Below, one piece after another: positions 23,235-35,266 of a stretch of 64,000 bases of DNA. The translations under genes were made by a program, and so were the position numbers. This DNA is from Macrostomum lignano (lineage: Eukaryota). The notes under the pieces were generated by a model. That model was not told where the DNA came from. It saw only the letters and a program-made list of their open reading frames with translations, and searched no databases. Position 1 is the stretch's first letter, and each line of letters opens with the position of its first letter. Where the stretch lies: the NCBI GenBank assembly GCA_002269645.1, contig NIVC01000621.1, positions 310,001-374,000 of the forward strand, read 5' to 3'.

Positions 23235-26200
23235 TGCAGGCAGACAGGCAGACACACACACAGACAGGCAGGCAGACAGACAGACAGACTGTCAGACAGA
23301 CAGACAAATTAAACAGAACGCTCCCACTAACCCAATAACTCTTCTGGTTATTATCCAACAGCTGCTGGCCGATGTCTTCAACGCGAACGAACCAGCTGGG
23401 CACGGCTTTATAGATAAGCGGCGTGTCGGAGCGCCAGCAGAACGGGTAGTTGTGCCCGATGCTGGAATGATTGACCAATCGGCCATTTTTCTTTAGCAAA
23501 TCGCAAATGTTCTTGTCGGCCTCTTTCACGTGCTGACCGTGAAAGTCTGGCACCTCGTCGGTGAACTTGCCGCTGGCGTCAACTGGGCAGACTAATTTGC
23601 TATCCCTGGCGATGATGCCGTACTTCAGGCACACTCGGTAGTCGTCCTCGCCGTGGTAAGGCGCCTGGTGGACAATGCCTGTACCGCTGTCATCCGTGAC
23701 GTACGTGTCGCACAGGACCCGGAAAGCGCCTCTTTCGGCTTTCAAATGTTGAAAATACGGCAGCAAAGGCTTGTAGGTTTTGCCTTCCAACTGGCTGCCT
23801 GGAAACTGTTCCAACAGTTCGTAGGCTCCCGTGTCTTCCGGTTTGTACAGAGCGCACAGACGTGCCTCCATCATGATGTAAACGGAGCCGGTCTTGGCGT
23901 CGCGTACCCGGACGTATTTCATCTCGGGATGGACGCACAGAGCCAAGTTGCTAGGCAAAGTCCATGGCGTGGTAGTCCATGCTAGCAAAGCTACGCCTGG
24001 CTCATTGTCCAAAGGAAACGACACCACAATGGCGGGATCGTCAACCATTTTGTAGTTTTGACCGGCTTCAAAATTTGACAATGGCGTACTACAAGCCGTA
24101 CTAAATGGCATCACTTTGACGCCGCGGTAAACCAGGCCCTTGTGGTAGAGCTGGCTAAATACCCACCAGACGCTCTCCATGAAGCTGGGGTACATGGTTT
24201 TGTAATCGTTCTCGAAGTCTATCCATCGACCGATGCGTTTGACGATGCGCTAAATTTAGGGGGGGGGGGGGCAAGGTGAATTTAACTGTTTTCTACCGTC
24301 TATGCTGCTCTATCTACCTGTTTTCTACCGTTTATGCTGCTCTATCTACCTGTTTTCTACCGTTTATGCTGCTCTATCTACCTGTTTTCTACCGTCTATG
24401 CTGCTCTATCTACCTGTTTTCTACCGTCTATGCTGCTCTATCTACCTGCTTTCTACCGTCTATGCTGCTCTATCTACCTGTTTTCTATCAATTATATGCT
24501 GCTCTATCTACCTGTTTTCTACCGCCTATGCTGCTCTATCTACCTGTTTTTTACCGTCTATGCTGCTCTATCTACCTGTTTTCTACAGCCTATGCTGCTC
24601 TATCTACCTGTTTTCTACTGTCTATGCTGCTCTATCTACCTGTTTTCTACAGCCTATGCTGCTCTATCTGCTTGTTTTCTACCGTTTATGCTGCTCTATC
24701 TACCTGTTTTCTACCGTCTATGCTGCTCTATCTACTTGTTTTCTACCGTCTATACTGCTCTATCTACGAGTACCTGTTTTCTACCGCCTATGCTGCTCTA
24801 TCTACCTGTTTTCTATCAATTATATGCTGCTCTATCTACCTGTTTTCTACCGTCTATGCTGCTCTATCTACCTGTTTTCTATCAATTATATGCTGCTCTA
24901 TCTACCTGTTTTCTACCGTCTATACTGCTCTATCTACGAGTACCTGTTTTCTACCGCCTATGCTGCTCTATTTACCTGTTTTCTACCGTCTATGCTGCTC
25001 TATTTACCTGTTTTCTACCGTCTATGCTGCTCTATCTACCTGTTTTCTACCGTCTATGCTGCTCTATCTACCTGTTTTCTACCGTCTATACTGCTCTATC
25101 TACGAGTACCTGTTTTCTACCGCCTATGCTGCTCTATCTACCTGTTTTCTACCGTCTATGCTGCTTTATCTACCTTTTTTCTACCGTCTATGCTGCTCTA
25201 TCTACCTGTTTTCTACAGCCTATGCTGCTCTATCTACCTGTTTTCTACCGTCTATACTGCTCTATCTACCTGTTTTCTACCGTCTATGCTGCTCTATCTA
25301 CCTGTTTTCTATCAATTATATGCTGCTCTATCTACCTGTTTTCTACCGTCTATGCTGCTCTATCTACCTGTTTTCTACCGTTTATGCTGCTCTATTTACC
25401 TGTTTTCTACCGTCTATACTGCTCTATCTACGAGTACCTGTTTTCTACCGCCTATGCTGCTCTATCTACCTGTTTTCTACCGTCTATGCTGCTCTATCTA
25501 CCTGTTTTCTACCGTCTATGCTGCTCTATCTACCTGTTTTCTATCTTCTATGCTGCTCTATCTACCTGTTTTCTACCGTCTATGCTGCTCTATCTACCTG
25601 TTTTCTACCGTCTATACTGCTCTATCTACCTGTTTTCTACCGTCTATGCTGCTCTATCTACCTGTTTTCTATCTACTATGCTGCTCTAATTTAACTCTTT
25701 TCTACAGTTTATGATGCTACATCTACCTGTTTTCTACCATTCGATACCTAAGCTACCCTTTTTCGATCGTCTGATTTTTTAACCTGACTAATTTCACTAA
25801 TAGAAAATAGCGGCATTAGCTCACCTCCCATTCGGAGCAGTACCTAGTAACAATGGCCCTGCACTGATCATTATAGGCTTTGATGCCCATCTTTTCAATA
25901 TCCTGAGGCCCTGTAATGCCAAGCGACTTATCAATCTCGTATTCCACCGGCAGGCCGTGGCAATCCCAGCCGAATCGACGTTCCACATAGTGCCCAGTCT
26001 GGTGGGCCCATCGAGTCACAATGTCCTTGATAGTGCCAGCCAGTATGTGGCCATAGTGCGGCAATCCAGTAGCAAATGGCGGACCATCGTAGAACGTGTA
26101 GCGCTTCTTACCCTTAGACTGGGCCAAGCTAGTTTTAAATGCGTCAATTTTAGACCAGAATTCTAGCACGCGTTCCTCCATCTCCGGGAAATTGATGCTG

Positions 26201-26262
26201 GCATCGAGTGGCGCTCGACCAGCAGAAGCTGTTGTTTTCAAAGAATTAAGTCCTCCTGACAT
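9457..26262 (-). CDS. IARS1: Isoleucyl-tRNA synthetase, cytoplasmic (~1199 aa, 10 exons)
   Basis: Exons 26262-25825, 24249-23332, 22789-22664, 22302-21951, 21202-20572, 19161-18975, 12781-12568, 12189-11855, 11316-11062, 9600-9457. All GT-AG with consistent phases, total 3600 nt. Motifs: [13 protein letters not shown] (HIGH), [32 protein letters not shown] (CP1 editing), [37 protein letters not shown]. The exon-9 donor has a 9-nt alternative. AATAAA lies ~15 nt after the stop. Confidence 0.97.
9618..10935. repeat. 21-bp minisatellite, IARS1 intron 9
   Basis: Unit GGGATTGTGTGTATTTGGTAT with variants, ~60 copies. Confidence 0.97.
11420..11755. repeat. ~31-bp diverged palindromic minisatellite, IARS1 intron 8
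   Basis: Unit AAATGAGACTTTGGCGCTAATTGAGCGCCAC containing the inverted repeat TGGCGCT...AGCGCCA. Confidence 0.85.
12215..12548. repeat. (CTGT)n microsatellite, IARS1 intron 7
   Basis: Direct reading. Confidence 0.97.
12812..12944. repeat. 23-bp minisatellite, IARS1 intron 6, left part (resumes at 18848-18955)
   Basis: Unit ACTATGACTAAAACTCTATGACC on both sides of the retrotransposon. Confidence 0.9.
13462..14971 (+). pseudogene. Retrotransposon ORF1 (gag-like), with frameshifts and an in-frame stop
   Basis: MAFEPT...AKKGAAG shifts frame near 13825 into [10 protein letters not shown]...; TGA at 14543 with open frame beyond; probable further shift in the G-run near 14875. The central folded region (GVIIQG...[11 protein letters not shown]) resembles ORF1 domains of Loa/R1-type elements. 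Confidence 0.6.
15010..18750 (+). CDS. Retrotransposon ORF2: AP endonuclease, reverse transcriptase, RNase H and CCHC (1246 aa)
   Basis: APE motifs ([23 protein letters not shown]); RT ([34 protein letters not shown]); RNase H ([36 protein letters not shown]); CSFC...H...C. Confidence 0.97.
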   Translation: MTKLHAAKGATFCLQINLQHCVSASVNLMKIAELYRPGLILIQEPWMRNGKLPNIPSGYSDFYVCGPGNSRPRAAILAASHLQAWLRTDLSDGDLCVIQSNHFSPRTCLVASVYIPGDRDPAPESLLRLAQYCEFQNAELCLGGDLNAHHKHWGSKDTNTRGEELLALISNTNLMLCNRGSTPTFNNGRWTEVLDATLVTPRLFDRVKEWRVWSEEPSLSDHCFIAFNIADTKTQSPITWRRNIRNTDWAAYKAALDLHLQELTDLRPIETCEDVDHMAETLTGCIIAAYEAACPARAYRGKTSAPWWNPELGKLRRKAKSLHRRAMKTGNPEDMELFRQASRNFKSEVRKAKECKWRQFCNELDQDRPTSRLVKALTMDKMSKLAMIKKDDGSLTKDPEEVLQHMLSTFFPRVPTARPEPNHSMDGATLAAGIVTEDLIARAVRTFKPFKSPGPDGIYPVLLREAAKIPSFLRLTRNLMRASIQLGYVPKSWTEARVVFIPKPGKGDYQSVKAFRPISLTSAMLKLTERLILWRLLSCELTAMPLSNNQHAFRTGRSTDSALHAIVEKIERAVLGDGYALALFLDIVGAFDNVIFEAFQRALQNRKAHATLIRWIMYMISNRTVTAQLLGQTASTRVCKGGPQGGVLTPTLWNLVMDALLSDSRPDPVFKVGYADDVTAIVAGPSPSTLRDLMQSFIRKAESWANDNGLELSEPKTVAIMFTSRLRWNIRPLQLYGRDIAFAHQTRCLGVTLDHRLNWSFHVKAKAKRASAILAQLRRALGTSWGLSPKRLWWIYTSVVRPAITYASVVWVSATQVKSHADLLNTIQGRACRLICNATRSTPFAGMGAFLNLPPLDLFIRGEAARTTRRLIDAGVKFIYMRAPAKRNLVPHSDLCLNFLNECQANRVFTDGIASTLNLRQRYSVAIDSRDNINDHWNPGELHCYTDGSKQSANTGFGVGIFLNGRVIATHAQYTGVNSSVFQNEVLAISSCTAELLATGVTGKNIIFHSDSQAALHAISGCSTNSATVLDCIKLLNMLGSANKITLKWVPGHVGIRGNELADTLAKVGASGSSLGPEPLVPIPGCVIDSRIKAWIRTQHRSTWANRTNCRQSRGAVPQPSHQLRKLLLRLSRRDIRAATMTLSGHGCFSRHQYLQGNATNATCSFCNSGDETAEHFVSICPAFTRARLTYLGPHTSITEACKPENFNQLMRYLRATRRAELSFPESTIAAGDTGGPPWAAPTLRP
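19295..20495. repeat. 35-bp minisatellite, IARS1 intron 5
   Basis: Unit GGGGATCAGGAGTCAAAGAATCAAATCCCAAAATT, ~34 copies; near-palindromic junction ATCCC-AAAATT-GGGGAT. Confidence 0.97.
21335..21920. repeat. ~23-24-bp minisatellite, IARS1 intron 4
   Basis: Unit (C)GGGGACTCAAACTGGGACTAAAA built from two related 11-12-bp subunits. Confidence 0.93.
22335..22545. repeat. (CTGT)n/(CTAT) microsatellite, IARS1 intron 3
   Basis: Direct reading. Confidence 0.97.
22900..23305. repeat. (GATA)n then (GACA)n microsatellite, IARS1 intron 2
   Basis: Direct reading; opposite orientation to the intron 3 and intron 7 arrays. Confidence 0.97.
24280..25740. repeat. 32-bp minisatellite, IARS1 intron 1
   Basis: Unit TATGCTGCTCTATCTACCTGTTTTCTACCGTC, ~45 copies, with recurrent variants (ACGAGT insertion; ATCAATTA). 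Confidence 0.97.
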
Positions 26263-27730
26263 TGCGCTTGAAGCCTAGCTGCAATTAATATTAGTGTCCT
26301 TTTAGGATAAAGCTTGTTTGCTCAGACAATTTTATACTAACGCGTTTAAATAACAGCCCGAATGTAATGACGAAATATGTGAGCAATTCTTAAATTATGC
26401 CGGTCTGTCCGTCTGCCTACCCAGCACTAGCTAAAGAATGTACAGTCAGGCTGAAAATAGCAACTGTACAACTACGAGTGTACGAGCACTCTATGGTCGT
26501 CTATTGTATTCTTCTTCGTGGCCAAAGCTACTACCGACTTGACTATTCAGTGCAATCTTATTATTGCTTGGCAATGCACTGAGGGTGGGAAGTTCTGTTT
26601 TTCTACTCAATATTAACTGCAAGCAGAGTACTGTCTCCCCTGCCCTTGTGAGTTCAGCACTGGAAGGCTGACAAGAACAAAAAAACAACTCTGCTTAAGA
26701 TGCACCGCTAACAACAAATAACGAAGACTTTATTACCAGCAGATAAATGTTTGAATATTTTGAATAAGCACGATAGATGAATACAAAGAGTTCAGTAAAA
26801 AGAAGAGTTGCTGACAACAACTGCATAAATATTCCAATGTTAAAACAAACTGACTACAAGCTACAACGTTGACAAAATTTACCAATGCAAATTAATTACG
26901 TAACCAAAAGTACGTTTAGGAAAAACAAACTGTTGTGAAATTTCAAAGAATTATTTTAGAGTCAAATTTACAAACTGTGGGTCACCAGTGACAGACCATC
27001 GCTGATGGTGCTGAATGAACTTGTGGGTATATAAAGGATAGAATCAAATTTTTAACTCAAAGTTGGAGGCATACTGCAACAACACTGAAGGACTTTGACT
27101 CGATAACTCAGTGGCATTGGCAGAATGCTATTACGCTCTATTTGTTCTGCTACTGTTTTGAATCTAACCATATACATAACCTACCGACTAGAAAATACGC
27201 ATCTTGACTTGACTGGATTTTATAGTCAACACAGGAGGAAAAATGATATTCCGCAAACCCCCATCACCAATATGAGCCATGTAAATCGGGCAAAAAATAT
27301 TGCACGCAAAAAAGCTGCTCCTAAATTTTGAAGCAAATTTCAAATAAGCGTATTTAAGATTGGTTAATACGTACTCAGCAACATTAAAAAGCTGCCACTG
27401 TATGTGCCAGTGAGCAATTTCTCTAGGAATATTCTGAAATAAAATAGGCGGCGAGAAAACTGATAGGGGCAGCTTTAATCCGTCCAACCCTCGCACACCG
27501 CTCCGCCCCACTTCATTCCTCAATTCAAGTCTTCCGTGGCGTAGCTAAATTGCGTCACTCGCAAAGATTGAGAGACTTTACCTGCACTCTCAAAAGTGGC
27601 GACCACAGATGAAATCTTCTGTGATGGCAACTTTTCCATGATGCTGAGTATACTTTAAACGGGACTTTTAAAGCATAAAATGTTAAACAACTGCGCCCGC
27701 ATCATTATGATTGTCGAAACACTTTTTTGA

Positions 27731-28490
27731 CTAACAATTCCGTTTGCCACGACCGACGTGACTTGAACTGCTACTGGCGTGGACTAGATGATGCTTCAAA
27801 AGTCGGTTTTGGCGAGGAAAACTTTTGCCACAATCGTTACACTTGAACGGTTTGCCTCCAGTGTGCACTCGGCGGTGAGCCATAAGTTTACTTTGACAAG
27901 AAAAACACCTGCCACAATCGTCGCACTTGAACGACTTGTCGCCATTGTGCACTCGACCATGTCTCAAGAGGTTACTTCGGATTGCAAAACACCTGCCGCA
28001 AACCTGACACTTAAACGGCTTGTCACCTGTGTGAACACGGCGATGAATCCGTAAGGCACACTGATGATCAAAGCGTCTGCCGCATTCGTTACATTTAAAG
28101 GGCTTTTCACCTGTGTGAACACGGCGACGAAGCAAGAGTTCAATCGAACTAGAAAAACATTTGCCGCAGTCGTCACACTTAAATGGCTTGATGCCCGAGT
28201 GAATACGGCAATGCGTCAATAAGCTCTCCTTACGGGTAAAGCATTTGCCGCAGTCGTTGCATTTGAATGGCCTTTCGCCAGTGTGGACCCGACGATGAAT
28301 CAACACTTTGTTTAGGTGAGAGAATCTTCTGCCACAATCGTCACACTTGAACGGCTTGCTGTCTTTGTGGACTCGGCGATGAGGAGTCAAGAGCTGACGC
28401 CGAACTGAAAAGCATTCTTCGCAATCGTCGCACTTAAGGATTGCCGCGCGTGTAAATTCGGCGATGAGCCACTAAGCGAGACTGATCCAG
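27731..28490 (-). pseudogene. C2H2 zinc-finger array, copy 1 (5'-truncated)
   Basis: ORF of ~7 C2H2 fingers with TGEKPF linkers. The N-terminal domain seen in copies 2 and 3 is absent, and the sequence jumps to the upstream flank at ~28495. Confidence 0.75.
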
Positions 28491-29906
28491 ACTTTGCAAA
28501 CTGTTCAAATTAACTTTCAAGGGATAATTTTAAAGCTGTATAATAAAATACACTGAACTGTGAATTCTTATTTTTGAGGAGTTAAACAAATAATTAAATA
28601 CATATTTAAACGCTAATTCTTTCTCGCAATCTGGCTGAATATACAGCAAATTTTGAAATAATTCGGATCTGCTTATTCTGACAACACACCAATGGCCGTT
28701 TCTGGCCATGTGTTGTGTAATGAAAAGCTGGACCGACTAGTCGATAAGACAATCCCACACAACGCTAGACAGAATGCCGAGTGGATGCTGGATGTGTTCA
28801 GGAAGTGGGATAAGAATGTGTGGATCACCAGTGACGCATTAATTCGCTGATGGTGCTGAATGAACTTCTGGATATGCAGACGACAGAATCAAGCTACTGG
28901 ATTAATAGAGGTACGCTGCAACTACACTGAACGACCTTGACTCCATGATTAGTGACATGTGCAGAATGTTATTACCACTCTTTCTTCTACTGCTACTAGC
29001 GTACTGTTTGTAAATCTATTAAAAAACACGAAAAATGATTTGGAGTTGAATTGAGGTCAAATAAATATCGCCAGTCTAGTACTAGACTGGCTAATCCAAT
29101 CCACAGATAGTAGAATAACTAGATATGTCACTTGCATTTAAAGTCATGAAAAAGTAGAGTGCCTACTTTCTTTCAGTAGCTGTTCGTGAAATTTCGGTAA
29201 AAATTAATTTGGCAAGCTAAAATTCCTTTCCCTTCCTTGGTTTTGGGCCCAGAGGTTTTTTATTTGAATCAACGTACATGCTATTGAACGCAAGACAGAC
29301 GAAACTCAGTCTGGGTAATCTAGCTCAGCCAATGAGAGAGCAGCAAAAAAAGTGGGTTATAAAGTTAGGCTGGAGTTTGTTTATCGGCGTGGGCCCCAAC
29401 CCTCTCTCCTTGAAATACACACACACACTAGATAGGACTAAAAGTAAAGGCAAAAAACGCTAATTTTGCTACTGAAAGAAAAGTAGATGAGCGCATTTTT
29501 TGCGAGTGACATATTTAGTTATTCTACTATCTGGTCCAATCTAATTGCAAAACATTTAAATGTCATTAAGTGAATTCAAAGATAAAAACATAACCAATAT
29601 AAATAAACTACCAAATAGAAAATACTATCTTGACTTGACTAGATTGTACAGTCAAAAAAAGAGTGAAATTATATTTTGCAAGCCTCCATCGCCAATATGA
29701 AAATTGAGTACAACACACATTCAACGCAAAAATGCTGCTCTTAAATTTAATAGCAGTTTTCATACCAAATTTTAATTAAGGGTATTTATAATTGGGTGAT
29801 ATCCATCAAACGAGACTTTCAAAGCAGAAATTTTAAACAACTGCGTCGCAACTTCATAATTGTCCAAACACTCTTTTGACTAGTAATTTTTGCCACGACT
29901 GACGAC

Positions 29907-31244
29907 CTAACTTGGCTCGCTACTGGTGTGCACTCGGCGATGCTTCAAAAGTCGGTTTCGGCGAGAATAACTTTTGCCACAATCGTCACACTTAAACCGC
30001 TTGCCGCCAGTGTGCACTCGGCGATGAGCCACAAGGTTACTTGGGCAAGAAAAACAGCTGCCACAGTCATCGCATTTAAAAGGCTTTTCACCTGTGTGGA
30101 CACGACGATGACGCAAAAAGGTACTTTTGTGAGCATAACATTTGCCGCAGTCGTCGCATTTAAATGGCTTTTCACCTATGTGGACACGAAAATGAGCCTT
30201 TAATAGACTCTTTTGTGCAAAGCATTTGCCGCAGTCGTCGCATTTAAAAGGCTTTTCACCTCTGTGGACACGGCGGAGTCCTTAAGGAACTCTTATGAGA
30301 AAAACATTTACCGCAATCGGCGCATTTAAAAGGCTTTTCACCTGTGTGGACAGGGCGATGAGCCAATAATACACTTTTTTCAGTAAAGCATTTTCCGCAG
30401 ACGTCGCATTTATAAGGTTTTTCTCCTGTGTGGCCACGGCGATGAGCCAAAAGGACATTCAGCTGAGCAAAGCATTTGTCACATTCGTCGCATTTAAAAG
30501 GCTTTTCACCTGTGTGGACACGACGATGAGTCCTTAAGGAAATCTGCTGAGAAAACATTTGCCGCAATCGTCGCATTTATAAGGCTTTTCACCTGTGTGG
30601 ACAGGGCGATGAGTCCATAAGCTACTCTGCCGAGCAAAGCATTTGCCGCAATCGTTGCATTTATAAGGCTTTTCACCTGTGTGCACACGGCGATGGGCCA
30701 TTAAAGCACCCCGCTCAGCAAAACATTTTTCGCAATCGTCGCATTTGAAAGGTTTTTCACCTGTGTGCACTCGGTGATGATTGAAGAGACTATATCGGCT
30801 ACATAAGCACTTGCCGCAAGCGCAGCATTTGAACGGCTTCTTGACTTGGCGATGAATCAAAAACTCACTTCGGCTAGAAAAACATTTGCCGCAAGTATTG
30901 CACCTCAATGATATGTCGATGACGCGATGCTGATGACGTCTGACGTGCCGTCTCAACTCCAGCCTGTTGGTAAACTCTCTTTCACAGCGCCGGCACTTCA
31001 GCGAATGCCCAACTTGCTGAGAACCCCGATCTGCTTCTGGCTCAGCGAGTTGCTCATTAACTGGCCGCTCATCTCTCTGCTCACCAGGATCCACCACCTG
31101 CTCATGCACACTTTCAGTCTCAGACTCTTGCCCGATGCTGTGACTGTTGCAGTGACGCAAATACTCAGCGAATCTGGCGGCTGAGAACAGCCGAGAGCAC
31201 ATCGGACAAGCAACTTCTTCAATGGGCTGAGGCTGCTGGTCCAT
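29907..31244 (-). pseudogene. C2H2 zinc-finger gene, copy 2 (N-terminal CPMC finger plus C2H2 array), frameshifted
   Basis: ORF 30534-31244 continues in other frames (30256-30576, 29907-30116); indels near 30546 and ~30270-30300. Confidence 0.8.
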
Positions 31245-32463
31245 GACTGGCAGCTGAAATGATGTTGCAGATTAACAAACGGTTTCCTTACTGCTTTTAT
31301 TTTGAGCTGAGGCTTACATTCGATGGGCAAAGGCTGCTGATCGAAAGTCAATTTTTTATGTTTAAGTGGTTTGTTTAAATTAAATTTACTTTATGAAATT
31401 AAACTGCAGGAGGAAAATATCTTAGGTAGAATTGTTTACTTACAAAAAAACTGGGATTATTGAAATGAACTAATAAATATATCTTATTTTCTATCATTTT
31501 ACTTGTTGAAATCTAATGAAGGAAACAAAATCTTTAAGAAAATGCTGATTCCTACAGAAATAAGTGCCTCATATTTGTACCCAACCGTAGTTACACCATG
31601 CATCCATACCTAAAGTATTTTGTAATGAAAGGCAAAGAAAAAATCAACTGTGTTTACATTGCATATATTTTATTAGGATCTTATGTATTTTTTAAAATTG
31701 TTACTGGCATTTACAAGCACGAAATTTTTTTACGTGAAAACTAGTTTATTTATGCAGACAGTTTTTTATCTACATTTTACAAATACCTTGAACGATGAAT
31801 ATTCGAAAATCAAGACCAACCGACTACACCCTTGACAAAATTTAATAACGTCATGAATTGCGTCAAGTTTGTTTAAGAATAAGTGCCTAGAGGTCTACCA
31901 AAATCTCCATCACTTTTATCTCGAGTGCCCAGAATTTATAGCCTAATACACACAAACAACGCGTCAGTTTTAGTATATTGATTTGAAGTTTAAAATGATT
32001 ATTTTTGTGGCTGTATATTAAAATACACTACGCTACACTTAACTTTCTCTTTCTTTTTGGACATATCCCAATTACTAAAAATAAAATCTATTATCTATAA
32101 TCTATAATCTAAAAATCTATTACTAATTTTCCCGAGGGTCTGGCTGCTGATTATACTGCAGATTTTGAAGTCCATTTGGATCTGCTTACGCTGATAACAT
32201 CAATGGTCATTCTGGCGATGGGGTACTACAGCGCCATGTGTGTATTAAGGAGGAGCTGGACCGACTAGTAGAAAAGACAATCCCACACAACACTAAGAAG
32301 AGGGCCGAGTCATGCTAGATTTGTTCAGGAAGTGCCATGGACAAATTGCTGATGGTGCTGAATGAACTTCTGAATATGCAGACGACAGAATCAAACTATT
32401 GAAATTTTTTACCGTGCAACTTAGACTAAAGGAATTTGACTCCATGATTCAGTAGCATGTGCA

Positions 32464-33603
32464 AGGCCGCGCTTGTCGAGCTATCATGAGCGCGGCTCCC
32501 TCTACGCACTTGGCTGGCATGAACTCCTCGGACATTCCTCCTTGACCTCTGTCAGAGGGGAGGCAATGAAGACCACCGGCGTCTGCTTGACGCGGGTGAC
32601 CCCATCCCAGAAGCAGTTCGCCATCAGAAGCAAGCGGAACCTCCGGTCGCACGGCGACCTCAGCCTGAGAGACCCGGAAGCAGCGGGAGGCCTGTTGATC
32701 CTCGGACAGGATCCCGTCCATGCCCTGTCCTTTGCTCAAATTCAAAACTAGCATTCCACCACGCCATGAAGCAAGGGACAACTGGCAAACCCCGTAAAAC
32801 CCACTGCTTTTCTGACGGGTCCTAAATCAACTCCGCCTCAGGCTACGGCTACTGCATCGTGTTTGGAGGAAGAACCGTGTGCAGGGACCGGTGAAATGCT
32901 CCACCGTTTTCCAGAACGAATTTCTCGCCATCAGCCCCTGCGCCATGGAGCTGTACAGTCAGCGCAACTGATGGAAGAGATTACCCTCACGATCCACTCC
33001 TTGAGCGCACCAACACCTGCTTGCGTACACGTACAATTCTCGACTGCATCGGGCAACTCAACCGCTCAGGCGCCTCCAATAAGGTGTCCCTAGGTGGATC
33101 TCAGGGCACTCGGGTCATCCCGGCAACGAGCTGGCCGATTGCCTGGTCAAGGCTGGCTGGACCGGTTCTTTTACTGGTCCTCTGCCCGTAGCCCCACTCA
33201 ATCAACCAGTGGGTGGCTTCAAGCACAGGGAGAGGTAGGCTAACGCTCCCGACTGCCAGCAATCCCACGCGGATGTGTCCTGCCTTCCTCAGCCCTGCGC
33301 AGGGCCCTGCTTGGACTCAACCGCAGAGACAGGCTCACTTATCTCGGCCCAAACGCGGACTTCCCCAAAGTTTTTAGGCCCCAGAACCTCTGTCAACTTG
33401 TCCGATACCTAAAAGCTACCGGGCGAGCGACCATCAACCTCATGGACTCTCCGGAGGGGGATTGCGCTACGAGCACCGGCACCACCGGAGCTCCCTGCAC
33501 GACACTGCACCACTAGCTGCCCGTGGTCGCAAGGGGTAGCAAAATGGGCGGTGACGCCTCGTCGCTGTTTCCAGACGCACAGAGCCCCTGAAGCTAAGTC
33601 AAG
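32464..33603 (+). mobile_element. 5'-truncated, decayed Loa-type retrotransposon inserted in zinc-finger unit 3
   Basis: Translates to QGRACRAIMSAAPSTHLAG and GHSGHPGNELADC, homologous to ORF2 at ~17490 and ~18165; 3' end CCCTGAAGCTAAGTCAAG resembles CCCTGCAGCTAAGTAAG. The empty site (CATGTGCAGAATGTTATT) is present in unit 2. Confidence 0.8.
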
Positions 33604-34093
33604 GCAGAAAGTTATTGCCCCTCTCTTCTGCTTATGTATTTAAACGTATTGTATTAAAAAACACAAAAAATGATTTGGAGCGGAGTTAAGGTAAAATTAT
33701 TATGGCCACTCGAGTTTTATATATGTGGCCAGTCAGTGTCATTGCAAAACGTTTTAAAAGCCGTTAATTAATTTATAAAGTTAAACAAACTAACAATATC
33801 CATTAACTACCAAATAGAAAATACGTAACATGATTGACTGGATACTATAGTCAACAAAGGGAAAACGGATATTCAACAAGCCTCCATCACTAACATTAAA
33901 TCGAGTACAATATACATCCAACGCAAAAAACGCTTTAATTTTAGTAGCATTTTAACCTTCAATTAGGCGTATTTACACGTCAGTAATATCCTTTAAACGA
34001 GAGACCTCAATGCGGAAATGTTAAGCCACTGCGCGTGTCTTCATGATTGTACAAACCCTTTATTATTTATTACTGTTTGCCACTACTGACGAT

Positions 34094-35266
<1,173 letters not shown>

